A stretch of 63,497 bases of DNA, filler included, from Choristocarpus tenellus KU-1152 (taxonomy: Eukaryota > Protista > Phaeophyceae), in the NCBI GenBank assembly GCA_964200185.2. It is 9 parts of 9 records of this genome, joined end to end, with 100 filler letters (N's around TTAATTAATTAA, not from the genome) between each part and the next. Parts side by side here need not be neighbours in the genome. Positions count along the whole stretch, not along the records: positions 1 to 5,721 come from CAXNAD020009911.1; positions 5,822 to 11,927 come from CAXNAD020008921.1; 7 more parts are not named here. One strand, 5' to 3'. Numbering within the stretch: position 1 is the first letter of the stretch; every line of letters starts with the position of its first letter. This document shows, piece by piece, positions 1-11,141 of the stretch. A model generated the notes under the pieces. The model worked only from the letters and a program-made list of their open reading frames with translations, was not told the origin of the DNA and searched no databases. The position numbers were made by a program, and so were the translations under genes.

Positions 1-487
1 GATGATTAGATACACGACGAGATCCATAGCGCTATGTATGCAAACGTAGCATGGCGGCTTCCAAGGGTAGATGGGGGGGGGGGACAGATAGGGTTTGAAA
101 CCTGTCAACTTTTATTGATGGAGTTAGGTAGGAGTAAGAGAGAATATTCAACAAATAATATTTTGCCTTCAAAATATATGAGGAAAAGCCCAGCTCCTCA
201 CAGAATCTCAATCTGTGCCCCTTTGGTTAAGTCATAACCTGTCCTGGGAATCAGGTTACATAGGCGTATAGGGTGTAGTATAGCAGTGATTGCCTCCATG
301 ATCCCCCCCTTGGTGTGTGACTTTGCTCCGTTGCTGCACAAATATGGTGTGTCCTTCCGGCCTAGGCATTCAGGGTTTGATTACCGGGATGACATCCTCG
401 ACCATCAACTTCTTATGCCTCTCCCCATCCACTGTGGCTGTCACAAGTACCTTGGTGCCCTTGGGGCAGTGTTTGTTAGATCGCTGA

Positions 488-746
488 GAGTGAAAGTATC
501 TTAGAGGGTAGAGCCACGTCCGTTTTGGGGCCAAATTCCAATGTTGCGAATTTATTGTAATTTTGGCTTTTGTGTTTGTTAGGAAGCATCAATATCTTTG
601 ATCTGGACACAGCTTTTCATAACGTACACATATTACCTACTCCAAAATACTTTGTAGTAGGAAAAATGTCATTAAAAAAATATGAGAAGCCAAGCCCCAA
701 ACGGACAAACAGTACAATACTCGTATCCTCTAAGATACTTTCACTC
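488..746. mobile_element. MITE family A (~260 bp), copy 1, inside the mariner relic
   Basis: TIRs GAGTGAAAGTATCTTAGAGG ... CCTCTAAGATACTTTCACTC, with a flanking duplication (C)TGA. The body is homologous to the other copies. Confidence 0.9.
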
Positions 747-1099
747 TGAGTGAACTTAGGATCCACGATTGGTTAGATCCCGATTTTCCCATCGAACCAA
801 ACACTTATTTGGAGAGCTTCCTAGGGCGGGCCACAGCTGCAAGGAACATCACCCTTCGTACTGTAACACTTATTTTGTGCCCGTAGGGATTTGAGGGGAT
901 CCTCAGTGGGGAGCAGGGACACTCCTTGCCCATCTTTGAGGACGTAAAACCACTTCTCGTCCACATGCACTCAGTCATACAGATGGCTCACAAATACCTC
1001 ACTCCCCGACCTCCTGTATGTGTGGGGTGATGACAAACCCATCCTGTTGACTTTCTGTGGGTGTCTGAATGGGCTGGCTTAATCCATCACTTGACCTTC

Positions 1100-1360
1100 G
1101 AGTGAAAGTGTCTTAGAGGGTACACGAGTTTTTCCCTGTTTTTCCATTTGGGGCTTGACTTCCCATGTTTATTTTTATGACATTTTCCTACTCTAAAATG
1201 TTCCGGAGTTGGTAAAATGTGTACGTTATGAAATGATGTATCTGGAATAAGGATACTAACACTTCCTAACAAACACGATAGCCAAAATTACATCAAAATT
1301 TCAATGACGGATTTTGGCCCCCAAATGGACGCGGCCCTATCCTCTAAGATCCTTTGGCTC
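1100..1360. mobile_element. MITE family A, copy 2 (opposite orientation to copy 1)
   Basis: Ends GAGTGAAAGTGTCTTAGAGG ... CCTCTAAGATCCTTTGGCTC, with a 4-bp TSD CTTC at 1096-1099 and 1361-1364. Confidence 0.92.
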
Positions 1361-2519
1361 CTTCTTCACCTTCTTATGCTTGCACAGATCCAACAACGAG
1401 GCAAATGAAACCCCAGCTTTGGCGACCTATATGTGGAATAATGTTTGGTGTACGGATGAGACATCCCAAATATCAAGGATAACTTGTGCGGAGGCCACAT
1501 CGCCCCTTACGATGCCGTACAAGGCCCATACATTCACCCCATGCGATCTGGCTGCCATACTCCTTCAGATGACGGATCACGGTGAGTTGAGAAATTCTGA
1601 AGTGCTCTATGATGGTCATCGCTGTCGCCGAAGGCATCCCAGGTCTTGAGCTCTCTCAGCCTCCAGGCATTATGCCACCACGCTTTTCTTCTTCCAAGTG
1701 TTTGAGTCTGGACCTCGGACAGACCGGTCTGGGTCAAAGAATTGGGACCAACAGACGGCGATGGGATGAGTGAGTCGCTCAAACGATGGGGGCCTTCGTC
1801 CTACACATCCCAATAATACCCGCTTTGACAGTTCACGAGGTTTTCGAACCGCGTCAAATGCGACTTGGTCGACTTGGCACTGTTGATCTTCTATAGTCAT
1901 GACATACCACCATCTCAAACTTTGCACACTTCCCAATCTATATGAGAACTAAGCACCCAGAGGGTTTATCACCTGGGTCGTTCCTGGGCGAGAACGGAGC
2001 TCACAAAAGTAATGTTTCTTCTAAATTTAATTCCGAACAGAGGAAGTATGAATAGAGGGAATGGACTGAGCCTTCTCAAAAACCCTCTTTTCTGTTGTGG
2101 TTTGGTTCTCAACCCAAACGTTCACAAGAAAGAAAAAACATATACGACATTTGCTTCTTGCAAATCCTAGGTATGGTTACGAACTTGACCAGATCGTGTC
2201 ACTTCATTTGTTTGAGCACATAATGACAGTCATGGATTGTGTAAATGGTCCAATCCCATTATTCATTTCCGTTTCCTACGGTCCCAACTTCCGTGTGCTC
2301 ACACAAAACAAAGATTCCTACAATCGATCTTTACCCGCAATCTCCAGCTTTGTTTTTATTCGGGAATTGGGCAATACTGCTTACCCAACTTGTGCTACTC
2401 ACTACCAGGTATTATCACACTTCTGACTCAGCTACCACACTGAGAAGAAACAGAGAGGATGAAGCCATCCTTATCCAGGGTCGACGTTCCATAGTGGTTT
2501 CTCTCTAGTAAAAAGTTCA

Positions 2520-3180
2520 TCTTGTCATAAATCAGTTTCGACGGAATTCCAGGACCCCCTAGAAATCCCGTCTGCAAATATATTGGGAGTAATTTACCTG
2601 CCAACTGTTGTACTTCGTGTGTGGTAGCATCTGTTCTAGAGGAGGACCCAACCTTCAACATGATCTTGATTGATTGAAGCTTCTGGAGTGCCAGAGATAC
2701 TGTCAATGCGTGTGTGTCCAACAATCAACCTACAACAACTGTTTTCGTATCCCAACTTGTCAGCATACTCGGTGACAATATTGGTGGTTCCCCTGCTTCA
2801 CTCGCACAAAACATTCCCAAGTGATGCGATGTGAGGCTATGTGCAGCAGTCAAACACATCGCTTCTTGGTGTTCATGTTGAGCTGCCACTTGAATCCCAT
2901 CATCTACATACATTGTTGCGAAGAATTTATTATCTGAACCCCTCACAGATTCTCCTTGGAATTTGACATCAGGATGCACCTCTGCTGCAAAGTAATCATG
3001 TGGGTCCGGCTTGGTTACTTCTAAGTGTAATGTAATTTTGTATACCTCTGGAAGGGTATCTACTGAGTTCCGAGATGTGTTGCAGTGAGAATGTACAATT
3101 GCAGAGGCCAACAGGCCCCACCCAGGGTTAATCACCAAGCAGGGCAGATAGCATGTCCACTATCAGCCATATGACCTTTG
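2520..3180 (-). mobile_element. DIRS/Ngaro-type (tyrosine-recombinase retrotransposon) reverse transcriptase fragment
   Basis: ORFs 2725-3138 and 2428-2724 read PGWGLLASAIVHSH, FFATMYVDDGIQV, SWDTKTVVVG*LLDTHALTVSL, EVQQLAGKL. The YVDD motif and the LG-DT-xxTVSL C-terminal pattern are typical of DIRS-like RTs. Pseudogenised. Confidence 0.8.
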
Positions 3181-5721
3181 GCTCGCCCGCTGCCAGTCAT
3201 GTTGAAATGGTTGATATCCGTGGACTCGGTCATGTTTGAACCTGATAGTACTTGACTGCATGGCGACCCCAATTGTGTTGAGTAGTGATGGCTATGGATT
3301 CCACCATGTTAGAACATATAATCTGTGGGCGGCCAGGTGATATTGTTTGGACACTGGAGCCAGCCACGTCATAACCATGCTTCAAATTTTACCATTCACT
3401 CTGTATCTTGTATCTTATTATACTACTATAAGTACAAATTAATATATATAATATAAAAAATATTGTATATTGTGGAGAGCAGGTCTGAGGGAAACCTTCA
3501 ATGGTGCATCTTAGGTTGAGAGTCTCACTCAGGATCCCTTCCTGTTTGCCGAGTCTGAGAGTTATTTCCGGTGACATATCTCTTATAAAGAGTTGCACCG
3601 AGGTCTTTCAGATTGCAGAGTTCGAGGACATATCCAAGGCCAATCCCCTTATGAAGAACATTGCCGATAGTCCTCCTCTGTTTAACTCGTGAATCACCAT
3701 GGATCTCCAGCTTCAATTTTGAGAAGAATTTCCATAGTCACTGTGTCTGTCTCAGATCCTCTTGAGTGACAATTTTTCATTGATACCCTCTTGAGTGATT
3801 GTTGTTCTATGAGGTCATCATGGATGACTCTCATTGGTAGTGTTGTGTTGTGAACGACTCCAATTCAAGCATCAGGTTCGACCTGGAGTTGGTCAGGGTC
3901 ACTCCTGCTGCGGTTTGTCCACGCGAACCTTGCTCGTGTAGTTGTGCACACGATCTTGAGGACGCCTTGATCATCAATCTTGTCGGATATCACTCTCTCC
4001 CTCACAATCATCCTGCTTCACCGCTGTCTCGTCAACGCAACAAGGTGGTTGTCTTTGCCACCCACAATCAAATATCTGACTCACTGATAATATTATTGAT
4101 ATTGAGACAAACAAATTGAGAGGTAGTCAGGTTTGGACACTTTTGCACCCTATGCCTTCTTTCTTACCCTGTTTAATACACTCTACTCTATTTCATTGCT
4201 ATATATCCAAGATAGTCCACACAAAATTGATAATTACGCCTTTACACACAGAGACAGGCGCCACAATTTTAGCAGAGGCTCTTTCTGTAGTTGTACAAAA
4301 TAGGGTCTTTTTGACCTTTCTTGGGAATCTTAAAATGTAACCCTGTCTACCTCTTAATTGGTTTGACTCGTTTCTACTCCGGAGTATATTATTTCCTACT
4401 TCACCATTTTAGATCAATTTAAAATAAGAAATAATCTTTGTGTATTTGCTTAGTAGGTAGCTGAGCTGATTCGTGCTTTCAAAGACATTTGTTGTCACTA
4501 TACACTATATTTAGATACTCACTCGTCAAGAGTCACATGTGTGGATAGTAGATAGTAATTTAATAAGTCATTCCAGGCACATATACCTCTTGACATTCTC
4601 AGACCATCTCCTCAATGCACGTTTTGTTTTGCCGTTTGGTTTTGCCTTTTGTTGAAAACCTGAACGGGCAAAAGAGAACTGGAAAAATGTGACTGAAGAG
4701 AGTTATAGGACAGTTTTCATTTCGATTATACCGGCGCCTTGTATTGTACATACAAGACCTCCCAATATCATCCATCACATCACTCCACCGTAACGTCTAA
4801 CCCTCAAAAGCCAATACCGATACAAGATTCTTGGAACACTAGATCATGGCTTATTATGAGGATGCGGTCACAAACATAGATAGGCTTCGAGCTGAATGCT
4901 GCGGTGTTAAGGGTACTGAAGAGACTGAAGAAAACGTGCGGTTCAAAGATGATGGCTGCTCGTTTGAAGGTGTCCATATCTCCATTTATCATTTTGCCAA
5001 TCTATTTCGCCTCTCCAAGTAGCTCTAGTCCATTGTTTTCAAAAATCACCTCAAATGACTCATTACTCCCAACCCTCTTCAAACTGTAAAGTACCCAGGA
5101 GGTTTATAAGCAAGTAATCCAACAAGAACCTGATCACCGTTTCGCGTTGTCTCCTGCACGACTCCAAGAGAAGTTTCTGAGAGACCACCTGTGACCCAAT
5201 GCTGACCTCTCTGCCTCGTTGGCTCATTCCCCCAGTGCGAGCAACGAGTCTACTACTTAATAGCTAACGGGGTCACACAAAGTACGTCTGAACCTGGGTA
5301 GACATCCACGGAGGTAAAAGTACGTCGTTTCTAGAAATGACGCCGGAACCAGGTGAGAGGAATCTCCCAGCCAACCACATACCCTTGTAGTCTAGTCGGG
5401 TTTCAATCCATTTGATCCTTAGAGAGGTGACACAAAACATGAATGAAGCTGGACCTGACCACTATACAGCCTTGATCTGGGCGCATAAAACCCAACTTCA
5501 GAAAGATAGTCAGCTCTGGTTGCTCCAAGTGTAAAGTTCGACATTACAGTAGAGTCAAATGTAGTTCCCCCCACACACATACTCCGTAGCCTATTGGTCG
5601 ATACTTTTGACTTCTTAAATGGTAAAATTGTGGAGGTCTAGACTAGGTTTGAAATGTGGTTCGTGTTAAAACATAGGCTACTCATTTGTTTCCTGTTGAT
5701 ATGGTACACATTACTACCAGC

Positions 5722-5821
5722 NNNNNNNNNNNNNNNNNNNNNNNNNNNNNNNNNNNNNNNNNNNNTTAATTAATTAANNNNNNNNNNNNNNNNNNNNNNN
5801 NNNNNNNNNNNNNNNNNNNNN
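5722..5821. other. Artificial contig linker (N-run + TTAATTAATTAA + N-run); also at ~11928-12027, 16814-16913, 24155-24254, 36616-36715, 39216-39315, 53799-53898, 60252-60351
   Basis: An identical 12-mer with stop codons in all six frames sits inside 100-nt N blocks. Confidence 0.98.
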
Positions 5822-6044
5822 CCCCGAGCAAGCTTTCCTGCCCACCCACCCTGTCGCTTGCTCACGGCCGACTGGGATGCTGGGGAGGGAGGGGGGATCA
5901 AGTTCGGGTGGGTTAGATATCTTCTAGTTTAAAGGCACGGTATGAAGTGGATGATGAAGGGGTGTTCTTGGATGATTGTTGAGTGGTGTAGAGTGGTGTC
6001 GGGTTGAGTGGGGTTGAGGGGAGTTGAAGGATGTGGTAGTGACT

Positions 6045-6312
6045 GGAAATCAGTGGCGAAAGGGGTCGCACTGGTTGGTCATTACAAAGGGGGGGGAGAA
6101 GATGGGAAATCAGTGGTGAAGGGGTCGCACTAGTTGGTCATCGGATGTGGAGGGTTACTGGAAATCAGTGGCAAAGGGGGTTTGCACTGGTTGGTCATCG
6201 GAGGTGGGCGTTGGCTGGAAATCAGTGGCGAAAGGGATTGCATTGGTTGGTCATCACAAAGGGGGGGGAGAAGATGGGAAATCAGTGGCGAAGAGGTCGC
6301 ACTGGTTGGTCA
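6045..6312. repeat. Array of 5 conserved ~37-bp repeats (GGAAATCAGTGGCGAAAGGGGTCGCACTGGTTGGTCA) separated by two alternating ~18-22-bp spacer types
   Basis: Units start at 6045, 6105, 6160, 6217 and 6277. Each contains an imperfect stem CAGTGGCGA...TCGCACTG. Confidence 0.9.
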
Positions 6313-7027
6313 CAAGGGGTGATAAAATGTGGGGAGGAAAGGGAAAAGAGGGGAATGCAAACATAGAATAAAAATAATAATAATAATCCAGAATTCATGA
6401 GCAAAAAAAAAGTGTGAGTGAATCTAACCATTTATCTCAAACAATTTTACTTTTTCATACCATTAAATATGATATCATTCTAAACGCTGATATGATTATT
6501 GTTAATTGTTAAAAATTATTTTAAATCTCACGTTACTATTAGTTATAAAGTTTGTGTAATTATTTTTTATTATTCTTAGATTTTCTAAAAAAACAGTTTT
6601 GTAGATATCTATTTTAAATCAATTTGATTTATGGCTCAAAGTAGAAAATAGTTCAATTAACACAAAATTAATGAAATATACGATAGATCGCTATTTGCCA
6701 AAAGACTTGTCAGATAAAAATGTTGTATTGTATGTTTACTCTGATTTTTAGTTGGAATAAATGAACAATATTTTGGATATGTAATATCAATTAACTTTGA
6801 AACCAATACTAAATTATTAATTTAAACTTATATTATTAATAGAAAAAATTCAGTAGCACACAAGGGGGATAAGCAACTTCCGAAGGTGTTGGTATTTGGG
6901 TAACTTTTTCGACTGAAAAACAAGAGGAAAGTGGACAGGGGAAGAACTGGTGTGTTCACCTACAAGGCAACCTTGAGATTTTTGGGAATACTATCGTTGA
7001 TGGATGGAGCACAACTGCCACTAACCA

Positions 7028-7471
7028 GACCCAAAGTATCTGGGAGGGGGGGGTCTACACCAGGGTGTCCATTTGGACCAAAACCAGGAAAAGTGCACTT
7101 ACATTATCCATCCGATGTATGCAACCTAATCACCCAAAAATCACGACAGAGTGAAAGTATCTTAGGGTACGAGTTTTTCCCTGTTTGTCCATTTGGGGCT
7201 TGGCTTCCCAAGGAACTTTAATGACATTTTACCTACTCCAAAATATTTTTGAGTAGGTAAAATGTATGCACCTTATGAAAAGGAGTGTCTGGAACAAGGA
7301 TACTGACATTTCCAAACAAACACAATAGCCAAAATTACATCAAAATTGCAACATTGGATTTTGGCCCCTTAATGGACACGGCTCTACCCTAACCCTAAGA
7401 TATACTTTGACTCGACATGAAAAAATTTACCCCAAATGGACAGCCGCCACCCCCCCCAGATACTTTGAGCC
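7028..7471. mobile_element. MITE family B (~180 bp when empty) carrying a nested family-A copy
   Basis: TIRs GACCCAAAGTATCTGGG ... CCCAGATACTTTGAGCC with 4-bp TSD ACCA. The body matches the uninterrupted copy at 25617-25800 (reverse orientation). Confidence 0.9.
7149..7413. mobile_element. MITE family A, copy 3, nested in MITE B
   Basis: Ends GAGTGAAAGTATCTTAG ... CTAAGATATACTTTGACTC with 4-bp TSD GACA at 7145-7148 and 7414-7417. Confidence 0.92.
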
Positions 7472-9192
7472 ACCAACAGAAGTCTTACGAGCATGTTTCT
7501 CCCTGCACAATGGGATTCATGGCAGGGTGGGATCCAACGAAGTTGTGATAGTTGATCTATGTCATGCTAAAACAGTAGTAGCTAAGGTCACCCGAGCAAC
7601 CATCGCTGTCTGTTGAATGCTGCTTTCTCACTCTATTCTCTTTTTGGGTTGATACTTTGTTTGGGTACTTTTTTGTCTTCTTATTTAACAGTCGATTTCA
7701 AAAATTGAGGATGTGCTTGACCCAAAATTGACTGGGATAAAGTGTCGATATGNNNNNNNNNNTTTTTTTTTGTTTTTCTATATTTAGGTTTTGCTTGTTT
7801 TTATATTGTCTGGGATAAAGTGTCGATATGTTTTTTTTTTTTAATATATGTTCATACATTATTTCCCCTTTCAATTTTTATAATACATTTTTTTGTCATG
7901 TGTGATGAGTGGTTCTTTTTAGCATTGATGGACGTGACACAACTCATATTTTGGGGGACGGTCCGTGCATTCATTCACGTGCATTTTTTTTTTTCTTCTC
8001 CTCACTGGTTTTCCCCTTTTTCTTTTTTGTAGTACTTTTTGTATTTCTCAACCTGTGTGCATTGCCTTATATTGACATTTTCGACTGTAAGGGTCTGGGA
8101 CCCCTTAGACTAATGTTTTTGAGACATGAGAACGATGATAATTAACTCAGAACAAAGAAAGGACCTTCAAGTCTTCCCGTATGCCTGGAACTTCAAAAAT
8201 TGGTCAATCGCTCACAACAGCTCCACCTGTGTTGCAGGAACTCAGGACACACAATGAGTTGGTTACAAAAAGAGGGTAAGATGATCGCTGGAGGGACAAG
8301 ATGCGATGGGGAACTGGGATTACACGCCTCCAGACACCCTTGGACTTTGCTTCGGTGTCTGCTCTGATCCATCAACAGCCCATGGTTGCTGTGTTGGGGT
8401 CGGGATTTTGGATTATTACTCTTAGAACGCACACAAGGTGCGATTGGGGAGGAGACATACAAGTCCGAAAATCAGGCACAACCATAGACCTGACTAGAGG
8501 CACACTTGCAGACTCGACACAAGGAGACGTGCGAGACCAAGAGCTGCCCAAGTACATGAGTTGCAAGATGGCAAGGGGACATAAGATAAAGAAACCAACA
8601 AAAGTTACGAATTTGAGCCAGTAAGAGCTGACCTACCCTCTCAGGCTCCAAGTTTGGTATATACTTCAATGCTCTGGAGAGTGGATAGCAGGGCTGTCCG
8701 TTTCCATAATGCTCATTGCTGTACCATCTACCGTCACAACATTTGAGGGGATTTTTTCAGGAATCTTCGGTTCCACAGTGCAGGATCTCCACTACGACAA
8801 ATTGCCATGGAATATCCTCAAGCCTGTTTCTGAAGTCAGACTCTCTTCGGAGCCACCATTTGTCGAAGGAATACATTTTTGAGTTTCATCCAGTCTCAAT
8901 CATGATCCACTCCACTCTTTCCTCTTATCCTTGTCCAACCTCATCTCATCCTCCATGATACTGTTCATTATGGTCCGTCTGGTCCGTCTGATCCGTCTTG
9001 CCCAGTAATATATTCTCTTCACCACCCTTGCATGAGTGAACCACACCAACACAGAATCGCACTATTAACACGAGTATATATATATATATACTTGATAAAG
9101 AGGGATTGGCCCAAGCACACAAGAGTCACTACAGATGAAATACAGATGGGCAAACACAAACCAGACACAACTAATATTCAACAGCAGTCACA

Positions 9193-11141
9193 TTACTCGT
9201 TGGGTCGACGCCTCCGTAGATTACGATGTCGTCCAACATCTAGCCCAGATGACCCTGCTCCATCCCCACCAACCCTCTTGCCCTCTCTCTCCACCCACCC
9301 CAACCACCATTGTGCTCGTGAGAATGGCCTCAGGTCACGCCGGGTGGACGTCTTACTCTGTGCAAAGAACAGCAAAGCATAAAAAATACAAAGTGTCAAT
9401 GCAATCACAACTATCAGTGCTGTACTGGCCCTCCCTGCCTTCTCATCCCTCCCTGCCCCCCCACTCCACACCCCAAAATCATGTCGTGGGTTTCGTCCAG
9501 CCCCCCATGATGAAGATGAGTGTCTGGCAGTTGTGTCTGGCAGGTCAAGAGGGTGTCGGGGGAGTTTTCTCCCATGCTGGTCACATCCCAAGTGCCCACA
9601 AAACTGTATTTTCATGGGAGTCGGAGGGAGTGGGAGGGGGGGGGGGTATCAAGGGCTAGGACAAGTGTGGTTGGATGCTTAGTTTTGGTATTGGTTGAGG
9701 AGGCATGGGGTGTGGGGGAAGAAGAGGGGGGGAACTAACTGTTCATGCATTCAAATACTCTGCAAGTGATAAAATCTTAAGACACTCATCAGAAGAGGAA
9801 AAGGTAGGAAAGTGAGGGTGGGTGCATTCAGAGGGGTAAGATGGTGTAGGAAAACACTAGTGGGCACAGAGAGGTATTCTTACCAGTTTATTCTTTTTAA
9901 TCTTGTTTGCACCAATGAAATGTTCCCATCATTGATATAATCGTTCCCAAGTGGTGCAATAGTGGACTCATATTTTCATACATGAGAGAGAGGCCCATGG
10001 ACATAAAACCTTTTCAATACAACTACATAGCTCCTAATATGTTGTCCAAGAAAAAAATCGTCTTACTGGAGAACATGTTTGCGCTTGCTCAACCTCCCCA
10101 TCAGGCGTTGTCACAGACACAGGTCACAGACACAGGTCACAGACACAGGCACAAGGCCAAGATTCAGTTCAAAAGAGAGCCAAGGTAATGACTTGTCACC
10201 CAAATGTACATAGTACTCTCCCTCAAATCATACACTTCATGTTGACCAAATCTCCACAGCAGGAGTCATTTTGCAGGGCTTTGGGGGGATCAAAAATATG
10301 AAATATAAATAAATAAATTATACAGTTGTATGTGCTAGTAGTTCCAAGTATGTCAAAGTGGTAGCGGCACTGATGGAGAAAGAGTAATAGTGACTGTTAA
10401 CCATCACTACTTCAAAATAATGCGTCAAAAATTATTTTTTTGAAAATGCATTGAGTTCATTTTTTTTTTAAAGAAATACTTGAATTCAAAAGATAAATCA
10501 TTTGTGAGCACATCCTGCTCTCTGTATCACAATACTTCATTCAAAAACAAAAGGGAGTATGCAAATCAGAACATCTTGCCTGAAAGAGGAGGTGGTCGTG
10601 CAGGTGTAACGTGGCATCATCCTTGGCAGGATCAAAGCACCTGCAATGTACATGTAAAAAAATAAAAAATTTAATTAGGAGAGTCAACCCAAACACAGTA
10701 CTAAATATCAATATGAACACATCTCTTTATCGTCACATACTTCAAAGCACACTTGCACAGGCATACTACATTTCGCCATCTACAAAAAAAGAACCATTCT
10801 CAAGAAAAAGAATATGTTACAAAACATCCACATCCCACCCACTCAAGACATACATGATACAAAACATACATAAACAAAAAAATACATACATATACATACA
10901 TACATACGTACAAAAAAATATACATAAACCTGTTAATCAACGCCCTGCACTTGAACCCCCTCCTGTCCATTTCCTGCGAATCACAAGGACCCTTTGCCAC
11001 TCCAACCGTAGTCCCCCCCCCCCCATCGCAGCCCAAGATTGGGCACAGGTCTCCAAGGCACTGGGATCTCGGCTGTATGTTTAGTCGATCTTGATGCTTG
11101 TTATCCATGTGCCTATCCATGTAAAAGGAGGTTCGGAAAGT
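9193..11141 (-). CDS. 3' part of a Cys/His-rich C2H2-like zinc-finger protein with a C-terminal transmembrane helix (exons 11141-10930, 10640-10580, 9603-9193; 5' exons not located)
   Basis: The spliced reading is TFRTSFYMDRHMDNKH..CLGDLCPILGCD..C..FKCRALINR|CFDP..LHDHLLFQ|FCGHLGCD..TALIVVIALTLCIFYALLFF..RRDLRP. This matches from memory a conserved plant/stramenopile family. Splice phases are consistent; one intron is GC-AG. Confidence 0.75.

Larger units (their letters stand above)
286..1530 (-). mobile_element. Degenerate Tc1/mariner transposase, DD39D (plant/oomycete-type) clade, split by two MITE insertions
   Basis: Manual minus-strand translation across frameshifts and stops gives KKVK*WIKP, VHVDEKWFY, VMFLAAVARPR, WFDGKIGI*PIV, QRSNKHCPKGTK, VDGERHKKLMVEDVIPVIKP*MPRPEGHTIFVQQ. 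These are the diagnostic motifs of DD39D mariner transposases. Removing the MITEs at 488-746 and 1100-1360 restores continuity. Confidence 0.9.

Noticed and set aside
780-1090. Tyrosine recombinase of the DIRS element
   Set aside because: Re-translation shows VHVDEKWFY and VMFLAAVARPR, which is mariner transposase.
5766-5777. Recurrent palindrome TTAATTAATTAA
   Set aside because: Artificial six-frame-stop linker inside N gaps, not biological.
6045-6312. CRISPR array
   Set aside because: Spacers recur (only two types), repeats are degenerate, there are no cas genes, and the context is eukaryotic.
7733-7830. Direct repeat TGGGATAAAGTGTCGATATG around a 10-N gap
   Set aside because: Likely a scaffolding overlap artefact.
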